Assembly: GCA_964398655.1 (NCBI GenBank)
Contig: CAYNNG010000010.1
Location: 1-55,779, forward strand
Reading direction: 5' to 3'
DNA length: 55,779 nucleotides
Source: an uncultured Oscillospiraceae bacterium
GTDB taxonomy: Bacteria > Bacillota > Clostridia > Saccharofermentanales > DTU023
In this document: piece after piece, positions 27,634 through 36,843 of the stretch
How the letters are laid out: every line of letters starts with the position of its first letter
Numbering within the stretch: position 1 is the stretch's first letter
Program-made: the position numbers and the translations under genes
Notes under the pieces: model-generated
Told to the model about the DNA's origin: nothing
What the model saw: only the letters and a program-made list of their open reading frames with translations
Databases searched by the model: none

Positions 27634-28833
27634 ATGCAAAAGTCATTGCTTGAACTGAATGATCAAAGGGTTATCGCGGAAATATCCCTGCCCAATCTCC
27701 GTCACAACCTGCATGAAATACAGAAGAAACTAAAGCCGGGAGTTAAACTTTGCGCCGTAGTAAAAGCTGATGCCTATGGACACGGCGCGATCCAGGTGGC
27801 CAAGACTTGCCTTGAGGAAGGAGTGGCCTTCTTGGCCGTGGGCTGCCTCAGTGAAGCTGTAGAGCTCAGAGAGGCAGGTATTCAGGCACCTATATTAATT
27901 TTGGGACTCACAGCAGCGGACCGGGCTCCCTGGCTTTACCGCTATAACTTGAGCCAAACTGTTTCTTCCCGCCAAGCGGCCCTCGCCATAGCCGCTTGTC
28001 TTAAGCACACCCCACCGGAGGACCTGCAGGATATACCTGCTAGTCACAAACTTCATTTGCATTTGAAACTCGATACCGGTATGTCCCGGCATGGCTTTTA
28101 TACTGCCAGGACAGAAGAACGCGAACATACTGTGCGGGATATCTTGAACTTACATCAGGAATTAAAGGACTATCCTCAGGTGGAAATAGAAGGCCTCTAC
28201 ACACACTTTGCCACCAATCCGCACAGTGATCTTGCTTATTTTGAGCGGCAGACCCAGCGCTTTATTGCCGTCAAAGAAGCCCTGGAGCTGGCAGGCTGTC
28301 AGATCCCACTCATTCACTGCTCTAATTCCGCGGCAGCTTTAGTCTGTCCAGAACTTGACTTCTCCATGGTGAGAGCGGGCATTATTGTCTATGGCTCTAA
28401 TGACGGAGAGTGGATGAATGAAGAGATTGACCTTAAACCGGTCATGAGTTTAAAGGCGAAGATTTCGGCTATCCGTGAAGTAGACGCAGGGGAGGGGATC
28501 AGCTACAGTCATGTCTTTATTGCTCCTCGTGATATGCGGATTGGCGTGCTAGAGGCGGGTTACGCAGATGGACTCAATCGCCTCCTCTCGAATCAAGTAA
28601 AATTTCTCTTGCATGACAAATTAGTCCCCCAAGTTGGGAAAATCTGCATGGACCGCTGTATGTGTGATTTATCCTCCTGCCCGGAAGCCCAGGTAGGCGA
28701 CCAGGTCTTAATTTTTGGAGATAGCGGGCGAGAAGAGCTGCAGGCAGACTACCAGGCTAAACTAATAGGCACCATACCTTACGAACTCTTTTGTAATGTG
28801 AGCCGCCGGGTACCGAGAATCTATTTGGATTAA
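27634..28833 (+). CDS. alr: alanine racemase
   Basis: PLP lysine motif AVVKADAYGHG, catalytic Tyr region GEGISYSH, and the C-terminal IPYELFCNVSRRVPRIY. The ATG at 27634 is preceded by GGGAGG. Confidence 0.88.
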   Translation: MQKSLLELNDQRVIAEISLPNLRHNLHEIQKKLKPGVKLCAVVKADAYGHGAIQVAKTCLEEGVAFLAVGCLSEAVELREAGIQAPILILGLTAADRAPWLYRYNLSQTVSSRQAALAIAACLKHTPPEDLQDIPASHKLHLHLKLDTGMSRHGFYTARTEEREHTVRDILNLHQELKDYPQVEIEGLYTHFATNPHSDLAYFERQTQRFIAVKEALELAGCQIPLIHCSNSAAALVCPELDFSMVRAGIIVYGSNDGEWMNEEIDLKPVMSLKAKISAIREVDAGEGISYSHVFIAPRDMRIGVLEAGYADGLNRLLSNQVKFLLHDKLVPQVGKICMDRCMCDLSSCPEAQVGDQVLIFGDSGREELQADYQAKLIGTIPYELFCNVSRRVPRIYLD

Positions 28834-28917
28834 AGCGCCTTTTATAACTTACTCCCTCCCGCCTGATTTTCCTGCCCAGCATGCTATACTTGAGGAAAAT
28901 TCGGAGAGAGCTTTTTT

Positions 28918-30192
28918 ATGAAAATAGCTATACGTGAAGTCCGAGTAGTGGACCCCTTCCAAGACCTGGATCAAGTCCAGGACCTTTTGATTGAAGACGG
29001 CCTGCTGGTCGACCATCTGCGGGGACCTGCGGACAAGGAAATTCTTGGTACCGGCCTGATGGCTTTTCCCGGCTTTATTGATGTCCATACCCATCTGCGT
29101 GATCCTGGGCAAACCTATAAAGAAGACATCGTTACAGGGACTAAAGCTGCCAGTAAAGGCGGTTTTGTTTTAGTCTGTGCCATGCCTAACACAAGCCCCG
29201 TATGTGACAGCCCAGACATCGTACGCTATATGATTGATAAGGCTGAACAGGAGGGTTATGCCCAAGTTTTGCCTATTGCGGCGGCTAGCTTAGGAGAGCA
29301 GGGCGAAATCCTTTCTCCTTATGCCGAGCTAAAGGCTGCAGGAGCAGGCGGGGTCACAGATGACGGCCGCCCCATCGCTAACGCGGGCATCTTATTAGAT
29401 TGTCTGCAAGAGGCAGCTAAATATGGCCTACCGGTAATTGATCATCCGGAAGATAGTTCTTTAGCCCAAGGTAAGGCCATGAATGCCGGTCCGGTCGCAG
29501 ATAAATTAGGTCTTGCTGGCATGCCGCGTGCCGCGGAAGCAATCTGTGTGGCCCGTGATGTGCTGCTGGCTATGGAGTATGATTTGCCCATCCATCTCTG
29601 CCATCTATCTTGCAAGGAGTCTGTGGACCTCTTGCGTTGGGCTAAGAGCCAAGGAGCTCCCGTCACCGCTGATACTTGCCCTCATTACTTTATCCTGACT
29701 GAAGAGGCCGTAGCCTCTCAAGGCGCTAACGCCAAAATGTACCCTCCCCTGAAGCGTGAGGCAGACCGCCAAGCCATCCAGGAGGCGGTACAAGACGGAA
29801 CTATTGAGATGATTGCTACAGACCATGCGCCTCACAGCCTGGAGGAGAAGGGCCAGGATGTGACCCAGGCTAAGAATGGTATCGTCGGCCTGGAGCATGC
29901 CTTTGCCTTAAGTTATGATTATCTGAGCCTAAAAGGCGGTTTGCCTCTTAGGGATTTGCTAACCCGCTTTACGAAGGCGCCTGCGGAGCTATTATCACTG
30001 GGCGACCGATCCTTAAAAACGGGACAGCCAGCTAATCTTTGCCTCTTTAACCCCCAATTACCTGAAACTATTAACCCAGAAAACTTTGCCTCCAGAGGCA
30101 GAAACACGCCTTTTGCGGGCTTTACTACCACGGGCTCTATCTGCTATACCTTCTGGCAGGGAAAAATTACTTACGAAAGGTCTTCTAACTAA
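28918..30192 (+). CDS. pyrC: dihydroorotase
   Basis: Metal-binding DVHTHLRDPG, then ATDHAPH. 424 aa. Confidence 0.9.
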   Translation: MKIAIREVRVVDPFQDLDQVQDLLIEDGLLVDHLRGPADKEILGTGLMAFPGFIDVHTHLRDPGQTYKEDIVTGTKAASKGGFVLVCAMPNTSPVCDSPDIVRYMIDKAEQEGYAQVLPIAAASLGEQGEILSPYAELKAAGAGGVTDDGRPIANAGILLDCLQEAAKYGLPVIDHPEDSSLAQGKAMNAGPVADKLGLAGMPRAAEAICVARDVLLAMEYDLPIHLCHLSCKESVDLLRWAKSQGAPVTADTCPHYFILTEEAVASQGANAKMYPPLKREADRQAIQEAVQDGTIEMIATDHAPHSLEEKGQDVTQAKNGIVGLEHAFALSYDYLSLKGGLPLRDLLTRFTKAPAELLSLGDRSLKTGQPANLCLFNPQLPETINPENFASRGRNTPFAGFTTTGSICYTFWQGKITYERSSN

Positions 30193-31127
30193 TGGCTACT
30201 TTTGCGGAAAAATTGACTCAAAGAGTCGAGGAACTTCATAACCCCTCTTTGTTGGGCCTGGATCCCAATCTGGCATATATACCTGCTCATTTGCTTGACC
30301 AAGCAGCGCAAGCAGGCAAGCAAGGCCCCGACCAAGTTGCCACTGCTTTTTTGGCTTTTAATAAGGCTATCCTCGAGGAGGTCCAAGACCTCATTGGGGT
30401 AGTCAAGTTCCAATCTGCCTGTTATGAGCAGTACGGACCTGCAGGAATTACTTGCTTGCGCGAATCCTTAATTTTTGCAAAATCCTTGGGCTATCTTACT
30501 ATTCTGGATGCCAAGCGCAATGATATTGGCTCCACGGCGTCTGCCTATGCCAGAGCCAGCCTGGCCTCCAGCCCCCTGCCGGAGAGCAAGTCTGGAACCC
30601 CTACTTACTCTCCTTTAGATGCAGACGCAGTCACCCTTAATGCTTATTTGGGCATAGATGGGATCAAGCCCTTTCTAGAAGCTTGTAAGGAGCTGGATAA
30701 GGGTATATTTGTGCTGGTTAGAACTTCTAATCCTTCAGCTGGAGACCTGCAGGATCTAGACCTCGCAGACGGACGCAAAGTTTATGAAGCCATGGCGGAC
30801 CTCGTGGCAGAATGGGGTGAAGATCTAGATGGCGGCCAAGAGTTTTCCTCTGTAGGTGCCGTGGTGGGTGCCACTTGGCCAGAGCAAGCTAGGCAGCTAA
30901 GAGACCGTATGCCGCGGCAGATTTTCCTCGTTCCAGGTTATGGCGCCCAGGGCGCAAGTGCTCGTGATGCCTTAGCAGGTCTGCGCGAGGGTAAAGGTGG
31001 GATTGTTAATGCTTCACGCAGCTTAATGCTGGCTTGGCAAAAAGAGGGGACTCAGGGCCAAGATTTTGCTCAGGCTACCCGGAGAGCAGCTTTGAAGATG
31101 CGCAAAGACTTACTTTCAGCTTTGTAA
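30192..31127 (+). CDS. pyrF: orotidine 5'-phosphate decarboxylase (long, type 2)
   Basis: 311 aa with motifs LDPN, ILDAKRNDIGST and PGYGAQG. The ATG overlaps the pyrC stop (TAATG). Confidence 0.85.
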   Translation: MATFAEKLTQRVEELHNPSLLGLDPNLAYIPAHLLDQAAQAGKQGPDQVATAFLAFNKAILEEVQDLIGVVKFQSACYEQYGPAGITCLRESLIFAKSLGYLTILDAKRNDIGSTASAYARASLASSPLPESKSGTPTYSPLDADAVTLNAYLGIDGIKPFLEACKELDKGIFVLVRTSNPSAGDLQDLDLADGRKVYEAMADLVAEWGEDLDGGQEFSSVGAVVGATWPEQARQLRDRMPRQIFLVPGYGAQGASARDALAGLREGKGGIVNASRSLMLAWQKEGTQGQDFAQATRRAALKMRKDLLSAL

Positions 31128-31155
31128 ATCCGACTTTTACATGAGGAGTAATTAA

Positions 31156-31950
31156 GTGAAACAGCTTGAACATACTATACAGCTCACCGGCAAAAACCAG
31201 CTTAGCAAGGATGCGTATTTGCTCAAATTCTCTGCGGAAGATCTGGCAGGAAAATTTCAGCCTGGTCAATTTTTAGAAGTTGATTGCGGCGGCTATATTT
31301 TTCGCCCTTTTGGCCTCATGGCCCAAGATCAAGAGCAGGGCGAAATTTGGCTGGGTGTAAAAGTTGTAGGTCCGAGCAGCCTTTATTTAGCAGAGTTGCC
31401 CTTGGGTCAAAAAGTAAAGGTGCACGCCCCTTTAGGACAGGGCTTTGAACTAGAAGGCTTTGATGAGGTTATTGCCGTAGGTGGTGGCTCAGGTATTTTC
31501 CCTCTCTATGAACTTCTGCGAGTTTCCCAGCATTTTGGTAAGGCTACAAGGCTGGTCTGCGGTTTTCGTTCGGAGGCCGAGGCCTATCCGCGAGAACTTT
31601 TTTCTCCTCTGACGGATGAACTCTACTTCTCCTCCGATCAGGGCGGGTTAGACTTCACGGGCCATGCCGGAGCCTGCCTGGAGCAATATTTTGCTCACAG
31701 AGAGTTTTCTGCCCACACCCTGTTGGCGGCCTGTGGTCCTATACCCCTGCTGAGGTATGTACGGGATTTTGCTCGTGTCAAGCACTTAGTTTGCCAGATT
31801 TCTTTAGAGGAGAATATGGCCTGCGGACTAGGCCTTTGCGCTGGCTGCAGTGTAGATGTCCGTACTGAGCAGGGCGAGATAGCCCGGGTACGGTGCTGCC
31901 TTGAAGGACCTGTGTTTGAGGCGGCAAGTTTGGTCTTCCCTGGCGACTAA
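31156..31950 (+). CDS. pyrK: dihydroorotate dehydrogenase electron-transfer subunit
   Basis: FAD/NAD-binding fold (GQFLEV, GGGSGIFPL) and a C-terminal 2Fe-2S cysteine cluster CGLGLCAGCSV...C. GTG start with GAGGAG upstream. Confidence 0.85.
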   Translation: MKQLEHTIQLTGKNQLSKDAYLLKFSAEDLAGKFQPGQFLEVDCGGYIFRPFGLMAQDQEQGEIWLGVKVVGPSSLYLAELPLGQKVKVHAPLGQGFELEGFDEVIAVGGGSGIFPLYELLRVSQHFGKATRLVCGFRSEAEAYPRELFSPLTDELYFSSDQGGLDFTGHAGACLEQYFAHREFSAHTLLAACGPIPLLRYVRDFARVKHLVCQISLEENMACGLGLCAGCSVDVRTEQGEIARVRCCLEGPVFEAASLVFPGD

Positions 31951-32014
31951 GCAGAGTGGTAAGGTTATGCGCTGCTATAACAGAAATTAGGACATTAATA
32001 AAATAGGATGCTAT

Positions 32015-32929
32015 ATGGATCATAGTATTGAACTTTTTGAGAGAAAACTCACCAACCCCCTGATGCCAGCCTCTGGCTGTTTTGCCTTTGGTCAAGAAGC
32101 TGCCAGCTATCAAGATATTGGACTATGGGGGGCCTTAATCTCCAAAACTGTAACCTTAGAACCTCGTTTAGGTAACCCACCGCCCCGGGTGGTGGAAACT
32201 CCGGCCGGTCTGCTTAATGCGATTGGCCTGCAAAATCCTGGAGTTGAGGTATTTTTGCGCGAAAAACTGCCTTTCATGCAGGCGCATAATCCGTCAGTCA
32301 TTGTAAATATTGCCGGAAATAGTGTAGAGGATTACGTCCAGCTTTGTGAACGCTTGGAGGGACAGGATATCTATGCCATTGAGTTAAACCTCTCTTGCCC
32401 TAACGTTAGAGAAGGAGGAATGGCGATGGGCACCAGTCCTGCCCTCATTCAGCAGGTAACCTCGGCTTGTAAAGCTGCATCGAGTTTTCCTCTGATTGCT
32501 AAGCTTACCCCCAATGTAACAGACGTTGTATCCTGCGCTCTGGCTGCACAGGAGGGTGGGGCAGACGCCGTTTCCCTGGTTAATACTTTCTTGGGCCTGA
32601 CAATTGATCTGCATACTCAAAAGCCTGTGCTCAGAAACAATACAGGAGGCCTGTCCGGTCCATGTATCAAGCCCTTGGCCTTACGCATGGTTGCCCAGGT
32701 TTATCAAGCTGTAAATATACCTATCATAGGTTTAGGCGGCATCACGAGCGGTCGCGATGTCTTAGAGTTTATGCTTGCGGGAGCCCAGGCGGTACAAATT
32801 GGTTCAGCTAACTTTGCCGATCCCAATTTGCCACAAAGAGTCCTAAAAGAATTACAAGAAGAAAGAGAAAAACTGCAAATCTCTTCTTGGGATTCATGGA
32901 TTGGCGGCTTAAAATACTGGAAGTCTTGA
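32015..32929 (+). CDS. pyrD: dihydroorotate dehydrogenase catalytic subunit (class 1B)
   Basis: Motifs NPLMPASG, GLQNPG, ELNLSCPN, GGLSG, GLGGI. Confidence 0.92.
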   Translation: MDHSIELFERKLTNPLMPASGCFAFGQEAASYQDIGLWGALISKTVTLEPRLGNPPPRVVETPAGLLNAIGLQNPGVEVFLREKLPFMQAHNPSVIVNIAGNSVEDYVQLCERLEGQDIYAIELNLSCPNVREGGMAMGTSPALIQQVTSACKAASSFPLIAKLTPNVTDVVSCALAAQEGGADAVSLVNTFLGLTIDLHTQKPVLRNNTGGLSGPCIKPLALRMVAQVYQAVNIPIIGLGGITSGRDVLEFMLAGAQAVQIGSANFADPNLPQRVLKELQEEREKLQISSWDSWIGGLKYWKS

Positions 32930-32965
32930 GCAAATTAACAAAATTCTGCCGTCAGACATTTTTTG

Positions 32966-32994
32966 CTGACTTGGTTTGCTTATTTACTTATAAT
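32966..32994 (+). promoter_or_regulatory. candidate sigma-A promoter upstream of the PyrE-like gene
   Basis: CTGACT-N17-TATAAT in the 127-nt gap after pyrD, about 60 nt upstream of the ATG at 33057. Confidence 0.4.
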
Positions 32995-33056
32995 ATTCTC
33001 TAGTGTCTTCGCTCCCGTGTCCAGCAGGACCGATCAATCCTTTAAGGAGTCAGTTA

Positions 33057-33914
33057 ATGCAAGCTCAGCCAGATATCCTACGTCACCTTTTTGAAACTCA
33101 AGCCTTTAGGGTAAGCCCTGCGGACCAAGCTTTCTGGTATACCTCAGGTAAATTTGGCCCCTATTATGTAAACACGCATTTTCTCTTTGGCTCTGAAGCA
33201 GAGGCCAAACAGCTGTTGACCAGCATTGATTACAATTTAAACTATCCTCTAGGGCTGGCCCGTATGATTGGTGTAGCTTGCGTACGCCAATATCACACTT
33301 GCAGCTGCTACCGGTCAACTATTGATTATCTGGCTGAGGCTGCAGAGAATTTAAGTTTTGACCTGATTTCGGGAGGGGCGCGCAGGGACTTCTTTTTTTC
33401 CTTTGCCTTAGCAGAAAAACTTGGTCTAGAACATCTGGCGATTTTAAAAGACGGTTCTGCCTACTATTCCAGCCCCGGTTTAAAATCCTCACGCGAGCTT
33501 AAGCAAGGTGAGCTCGCAGGGAAGAAGGTCCTACATGTGGCTGACCTCATCACCTCGGCTTCATCTTATTTTCGCTCCTGGCTGCCCGCCCTGGATTATG
33601 TGGGGGCAAAGATTGGTGACACTCTCTGTGTTGTGGACCGCCGTCAAGGCGGGGAGGAACTTCTAGCCCAACAAGGTATTAAAATGTACAGCCTCCTAGC
33701 TCTAAGCCCTGAGTTCTTTGACCAGGCTGAGGCCGCAGGACAGATTGACGCCGGGCAAAAGGCCCAACTTGTGCGTTTCTTTGAAGATCCTGATCAATAT
33801 ATGCGGGTATTTTTGCATGAGCATCCCGGATTTTTAGAAGCAGAAGCTAAGAAAGATGCCAAAACCGCAGAAAGAGTTGCTCGCTTCAGAGAGTTAGCCT
33901 GGGAGCTAGATTAG
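33057..33914 (+). CDS. orotate phosphoribosyltransferase-like protein with divergent PRPP loop and C-terminal extension
   Basis: PyrE-like N-terminus (FWYTSGKFGPYYVN) and VVDRRQGG. The PRPP motif reads VLHVADLITSASS instead of the VxxVDDVxTTGGS type. There are about 70 extra C-terminal residues. AAGGAG lies upstream of the ATG at 33057. Confidence 0.55.
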   Translation: MQAQPDILRHLFETQAFRVSPADQAFWYTSGKFGPYYVNTHFLFGSEAEAKQLLTSIDYNLNYPLGLARMIGVACVRQYHTCSCYRSTIDYLAEAAENLSFDLISGGARRDFFFSFALAEKLGLEHLAILKDGSAYYSSPGLKSSRELKQGELAGKKVLHVADLITSASSYFRSWLPALDYVGAKIGDTLCVVDRRQGGEELLAQQGIKMYSLLALSPEFFDQAEAAGQIDAGQKAQLVRFFEDPDQYMRVFLHEHPGFLEAEAKKDAKTAERVARFRELAWELD

Positions 33915-33921
33915 AGATACC

Positions 33922-34692
33922 ATGTTCTGGTCGCTGCTGCTCTGCGTTCTAGCCTTGTTGCTGTATTTTTTAGGAAGTATAGAGCCTTTGCTCTGCCTTG
34001 CCTGCGCAGTATTAGGTCTCTTATATTTTGTTTATGAGTTTTGGCAGGTTTTACGGCTGAGACGGATAGGGGAGTCTCTGAAGAGCGACGCTAAGCTAAG
34101 CTATCTCAAGCCTTTTGCCCATGTGAGCGGACTAGATTTGCTTCAAGGCCAAAATTGTTTTCTGGCAATTGCAGCAGACCAGCATTTAGTCATTGAAGCG
34201 GCAAGCGCCCATGAGAGCTTGCCAATTCAGGCTATAGACCGTATTCTAGAGCTTCGTAAAAGAGAGGTTAATCCCTTTTTTCACCATCTGCAAAGGCTGG
34301 TGGATCAGCTGCCACAAACCTCAGACCATAAGGCTTGCCATGTGCTAAACGCCCTGCAGCCGGCTATGGCCCAAGCTTGGAATGGTCTGCTGATGCTTGA
34401 GGTATCTGAAGAGTGGGGCACAAGGATGATCGTGCTGCGGCCCCTCTGGGGTACCCGCTCCTGGGATCTCTTGGACCAACCGGCCATAAAGTCTTTACGC
34501 TTTAGTCCTGGCGACTTGTTGGCAGAACTAGAGACAGAAATTGAACAATATAAGCAAGAAATATTTTCGGACCAGGAAGAGCCCCAGCATAACTCTGCTG
34601 ATCCTAATTCCGCTCAGGCCCGGCATATTCTTAAAAAAGCAGATTTAGCTAAACCTGTACATGTAGATAAGGAAGATTATTATGAAAGCTAA
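33922..34692 (+). CDS. hypothetical 2-TM membrane protein
   Basis: Two N-terminal TM helices, then an approximately 190-aa soluble part with no motif I recognise. The stop overlaps the moxR start by 11 nt. Confidence 0.6.
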   Translation: MFWSLLLCVLALLLYFLGSIEPLLCLACAVLGLLYFVYEFWQVLRLRRIGESLKSDAKLSYLKPFAHVSGLDLLQGQNCFLAIAADQHLVIEAASAHESLPIQAIDRILELRKREVNPFFHHLQRLVDQLPQTSDHKACHVLNALQPAMAQAWNGLLMLEVSEEWGTRMIVLRPLWGTRSWDLLDQPAIKSLRFSPGDLLAELETEIEQYKQEIFSDQEEPQHNSADPNSAQARHILKKADLAKPVHVDKEDYYES

Positions 34693-35632
34693 CGCAGCTG
34701 GTTTTAAGCAGTTGAGCGCACAAATTGAAGATAGTCTCAACCAAGTAATGATTGGTAAAGGACCAGTTATTGAACAACTCCTCATTGCCTTAGCCGCGGG
34801 AGGGCACGTCCTGATTGAAGACGTTCCGGGTATTGGTAAAACTACCCTAGTCTCCAGTTTGGCCAAGTCCTTGAGCCTCACCTTTAAGCGGATACAGTTT
34901 ACGCCTGACCTCATGCCCTCTGACGTGACGGGTTTTAACCTTTTCAACCGTAAAACCAATGAGTTTGAATTTCAGCCTGGAGCCGTAATGAGCCAAATGG
35001 TCCTGGCAGATGAAATCAACCGTACCTCACCCAAGACTCAATCTGCCCTGTTGGAGGTCATGCAGGAAGGTCAGGTCACCGTGGATGGGGTAACCTACCG
35101 TTTGCCCCAGCCATTTATGGTCCTGGCTACCCAAAACCCTATTGAACATCTAGGTACCTATCCCTTGCCGGAGGCGCAGCTGGACCGTTTTATGCTGAAG
35201 ATTAACTTGGGTTATCCCAATCTGGATGAAGAAGTACAGATTTTACGTCTCTACGATGAAGTGGATCCTTTAGACCACTTACACCCCGTAGCAGGAGCCC
35301 AAGAAGTAATTTGGATGCGTGAGCAGGCTCGCATGGTCCATTGCTCCGACTCCGTGCGCTACTATATCGCTAGCCTTACGGCTGCAACCCGTCAGCATCC
35401 CGCGGTTAAATTGGGTGCCAGCCCACGTGCTTCACGCATGCTCATGCAGGCGGCAAAAGCTAGAGCCCTCCTGAGAGGACGTGCTTTTGTTCGTCCAGAT
35501 GACGTACAAATGATTGCCTCCTCGGTATTTTCTCACCGTATTACGATGCGGCCAGAAAGCCGCTTGAAGAATATTCGGGCGGAGGATGTAGTTAGAGAAG
35601 TTCTGGAAAGGACACCAGTGCCTGAATCATGA
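34682..35632 (+). CDS. MoxR-family AAA+ ATPase
   Basis: Walker A EDVPGIGKT, Walker B LADEINR, and the typical MoxR C-terminal helical region (ASPRASRML...RAFVRPDDV). Confidence 0.92.
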   Translation: MKANAAGFKQLSAQIEDSLNQVMIGKGPVIEQLLIALAAGGHVLIEDVPGIGKTTLVSSLAKSLSLTFKRIQFTPDLMPSDVTGFNLFNRKTNEFEFQPGAVMSQMVLADEINRTSPKTQSALLEVMQEGQVTVDGVTYRLPQPFMVLATQNPIEHLGTYPLPEAQLDRFMLKINLGYPNLDEEVQILRLYDEVDPLDHLHPVAGAQEVIWMREQARMVHCSDSVRYYIASLTAATRQHPAVKLGASPRASRMLMQAAKARALLRGRAFVRPDDVQMIASSVFSHRITMRPESRLKNIRAEDVVREVLERTPVPES

Positions 35633-36843
35633 GTATAAGGCCACGTTTCTTTTATTATCTGCTCTTTTGCCTTTCGGCCTGGTTCCTCGGCCATTTTGGC
35701 AATTGGGCCTGGTCTAATACCCTATTTGTATTTTTGCTTCTGCTGCCTTTGGCTTCCTTCCTGGCTGCCCTCTGGCATCGCTCAAGAATTAAGCTTGACC
35801 TGCAAAGAGCGGCAGAACAGGTAGAACGTGGGGACGCTGCTTCTTGGCAAGTTCGCATGCATTCCCTCAGCACCTGGCAAAAGCACTACTTGCAGGGTAT
35901 GTACCGCGATCAGGCCAGCAGTGTGCCAGAGTACCTAAGGCCCTTTCCTCTGAATCCGCGAGAAAACTTGGACTTGGTTATTGAAATTAACGCGCGGCAC
36001 ACGGGACCTTTAAAGCCTTTCGCTTTCGCACTCAGCATTTTAGACCCCTGTGGTTTTTTTGCGCTTAGCCTGGTTAGCTTCAAAGCCGCAGACTTCCCTG
36101 AGGTCTTAGTTTTGCCGCGCTCACTTATTTCTGTTTTAGACAAAGATGAAAGCAAGGCCTATCTAGAGAGTGGGGAAGCAATTTCTAAGAAATCAGATTT
36201 TGACTTAGATGAAATCGAATTGGTTAGACCCATGCGGGAAGGAGACCGCATGCGGGATATTCATTGGAAAGTATCCGCCCGCATGCAGGAGTGGATGGTG
36301 CGCCAATATGAGAAGGCAGATGAGAACGAACTGTATTTCCTCTTTCAGCTGCCCGATCTGGACCCAGCACAGGAGACCGCTGAAGAATTATTAAAGCTCC
36401 GGGACTTGGTGCTAGATCAAGTATCCGAAGCAGCCCAATCCTTCCTCAGCCAAGACTTTAACTTGGTTCTGCGCTACCGCAGGCCTTGGGCCGATCAAGA
36501 CAAGGCTGATAGTCTCGACCAGTATGATTCCCTGCGTCTCAGTTTGGCTAGCCTACCTTTCAGCCAACCCGTAGTTCTAGCTCAGCAAATTACTGAAGAA
36601 GCAGCCATCCCCGGCGCCCGTTTTTACTGCATATTTTGTTATGAATTAAGCCAAGATCTAACAACAGCCTTGCTGGTCCTTTCGGCTCAAGCTCAAGGCA
36701 TTCTCTTACGTTTAATTTATCCTGGTGCAGCTCCACCTAGAGAATGGAAGTCTTGGATTGAAGATTTAGCAGCTGCCGGGGTTAAAGTCACCCTTTCGCG
36801 TTTCCCTGGTGCGCTGACCTCAGCAAGGAGGGGAGTGCGATGA
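35629..36843 (+). CDS. DUF58-family protein (membrane anchored)
   Basis: Two N-terminal TM segments and the DUF58 core motif MRDIHWKVSARMQEWMVRQYE. Start and stop overlap the neighbouring genes by 4 nt each. Confidence 0.85.
   Translation: MSIRPRFFYYLLFCLSAWFLGHFGNWAWSNTLFVFLLLLPLASFLAALWHRSRIKLDLQRAAEQVERGDAASWQVRMHSLSTWQKHYLQGMYRDQASSVPEYLRPFPLNPRENLDLVIEINARHTGPLKPFAFALSILDPCGFFALSLVSFKAADFPEVLVLPRSLISVLDKDESKAYLESGEAISKKSDFDLDEIELVRPMREGDRMRDIHWKVSARMQEWMVRQYEKADENELYFLFQLPDLDPAQETAEELLKLRDLVLDQVSEAAQSFLSQDFNLVLRYRRPWADQDKADSLDQYDSLRLSLASLPFSQPVVLAQQITEEAAIPGARFYCIFCYELSQDLTTALLVLSAQAQGILLRLIYPGAAPPREWKSWIEDLAAAGVKVTLSRFPGALTSARRGVR

Noticed and set aside
28880-28917. GGAGAGAGCUU upstream of pyrC as a possible PyrR-binding loop (consensus UCCAGAGAGGCU).
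   Set aside because: Only the AGAGAG core matches. The sequence sits at SD distance from the ATG, and no terminator/antiterminator pair is visible. It is most simply the ribosome-binding site.
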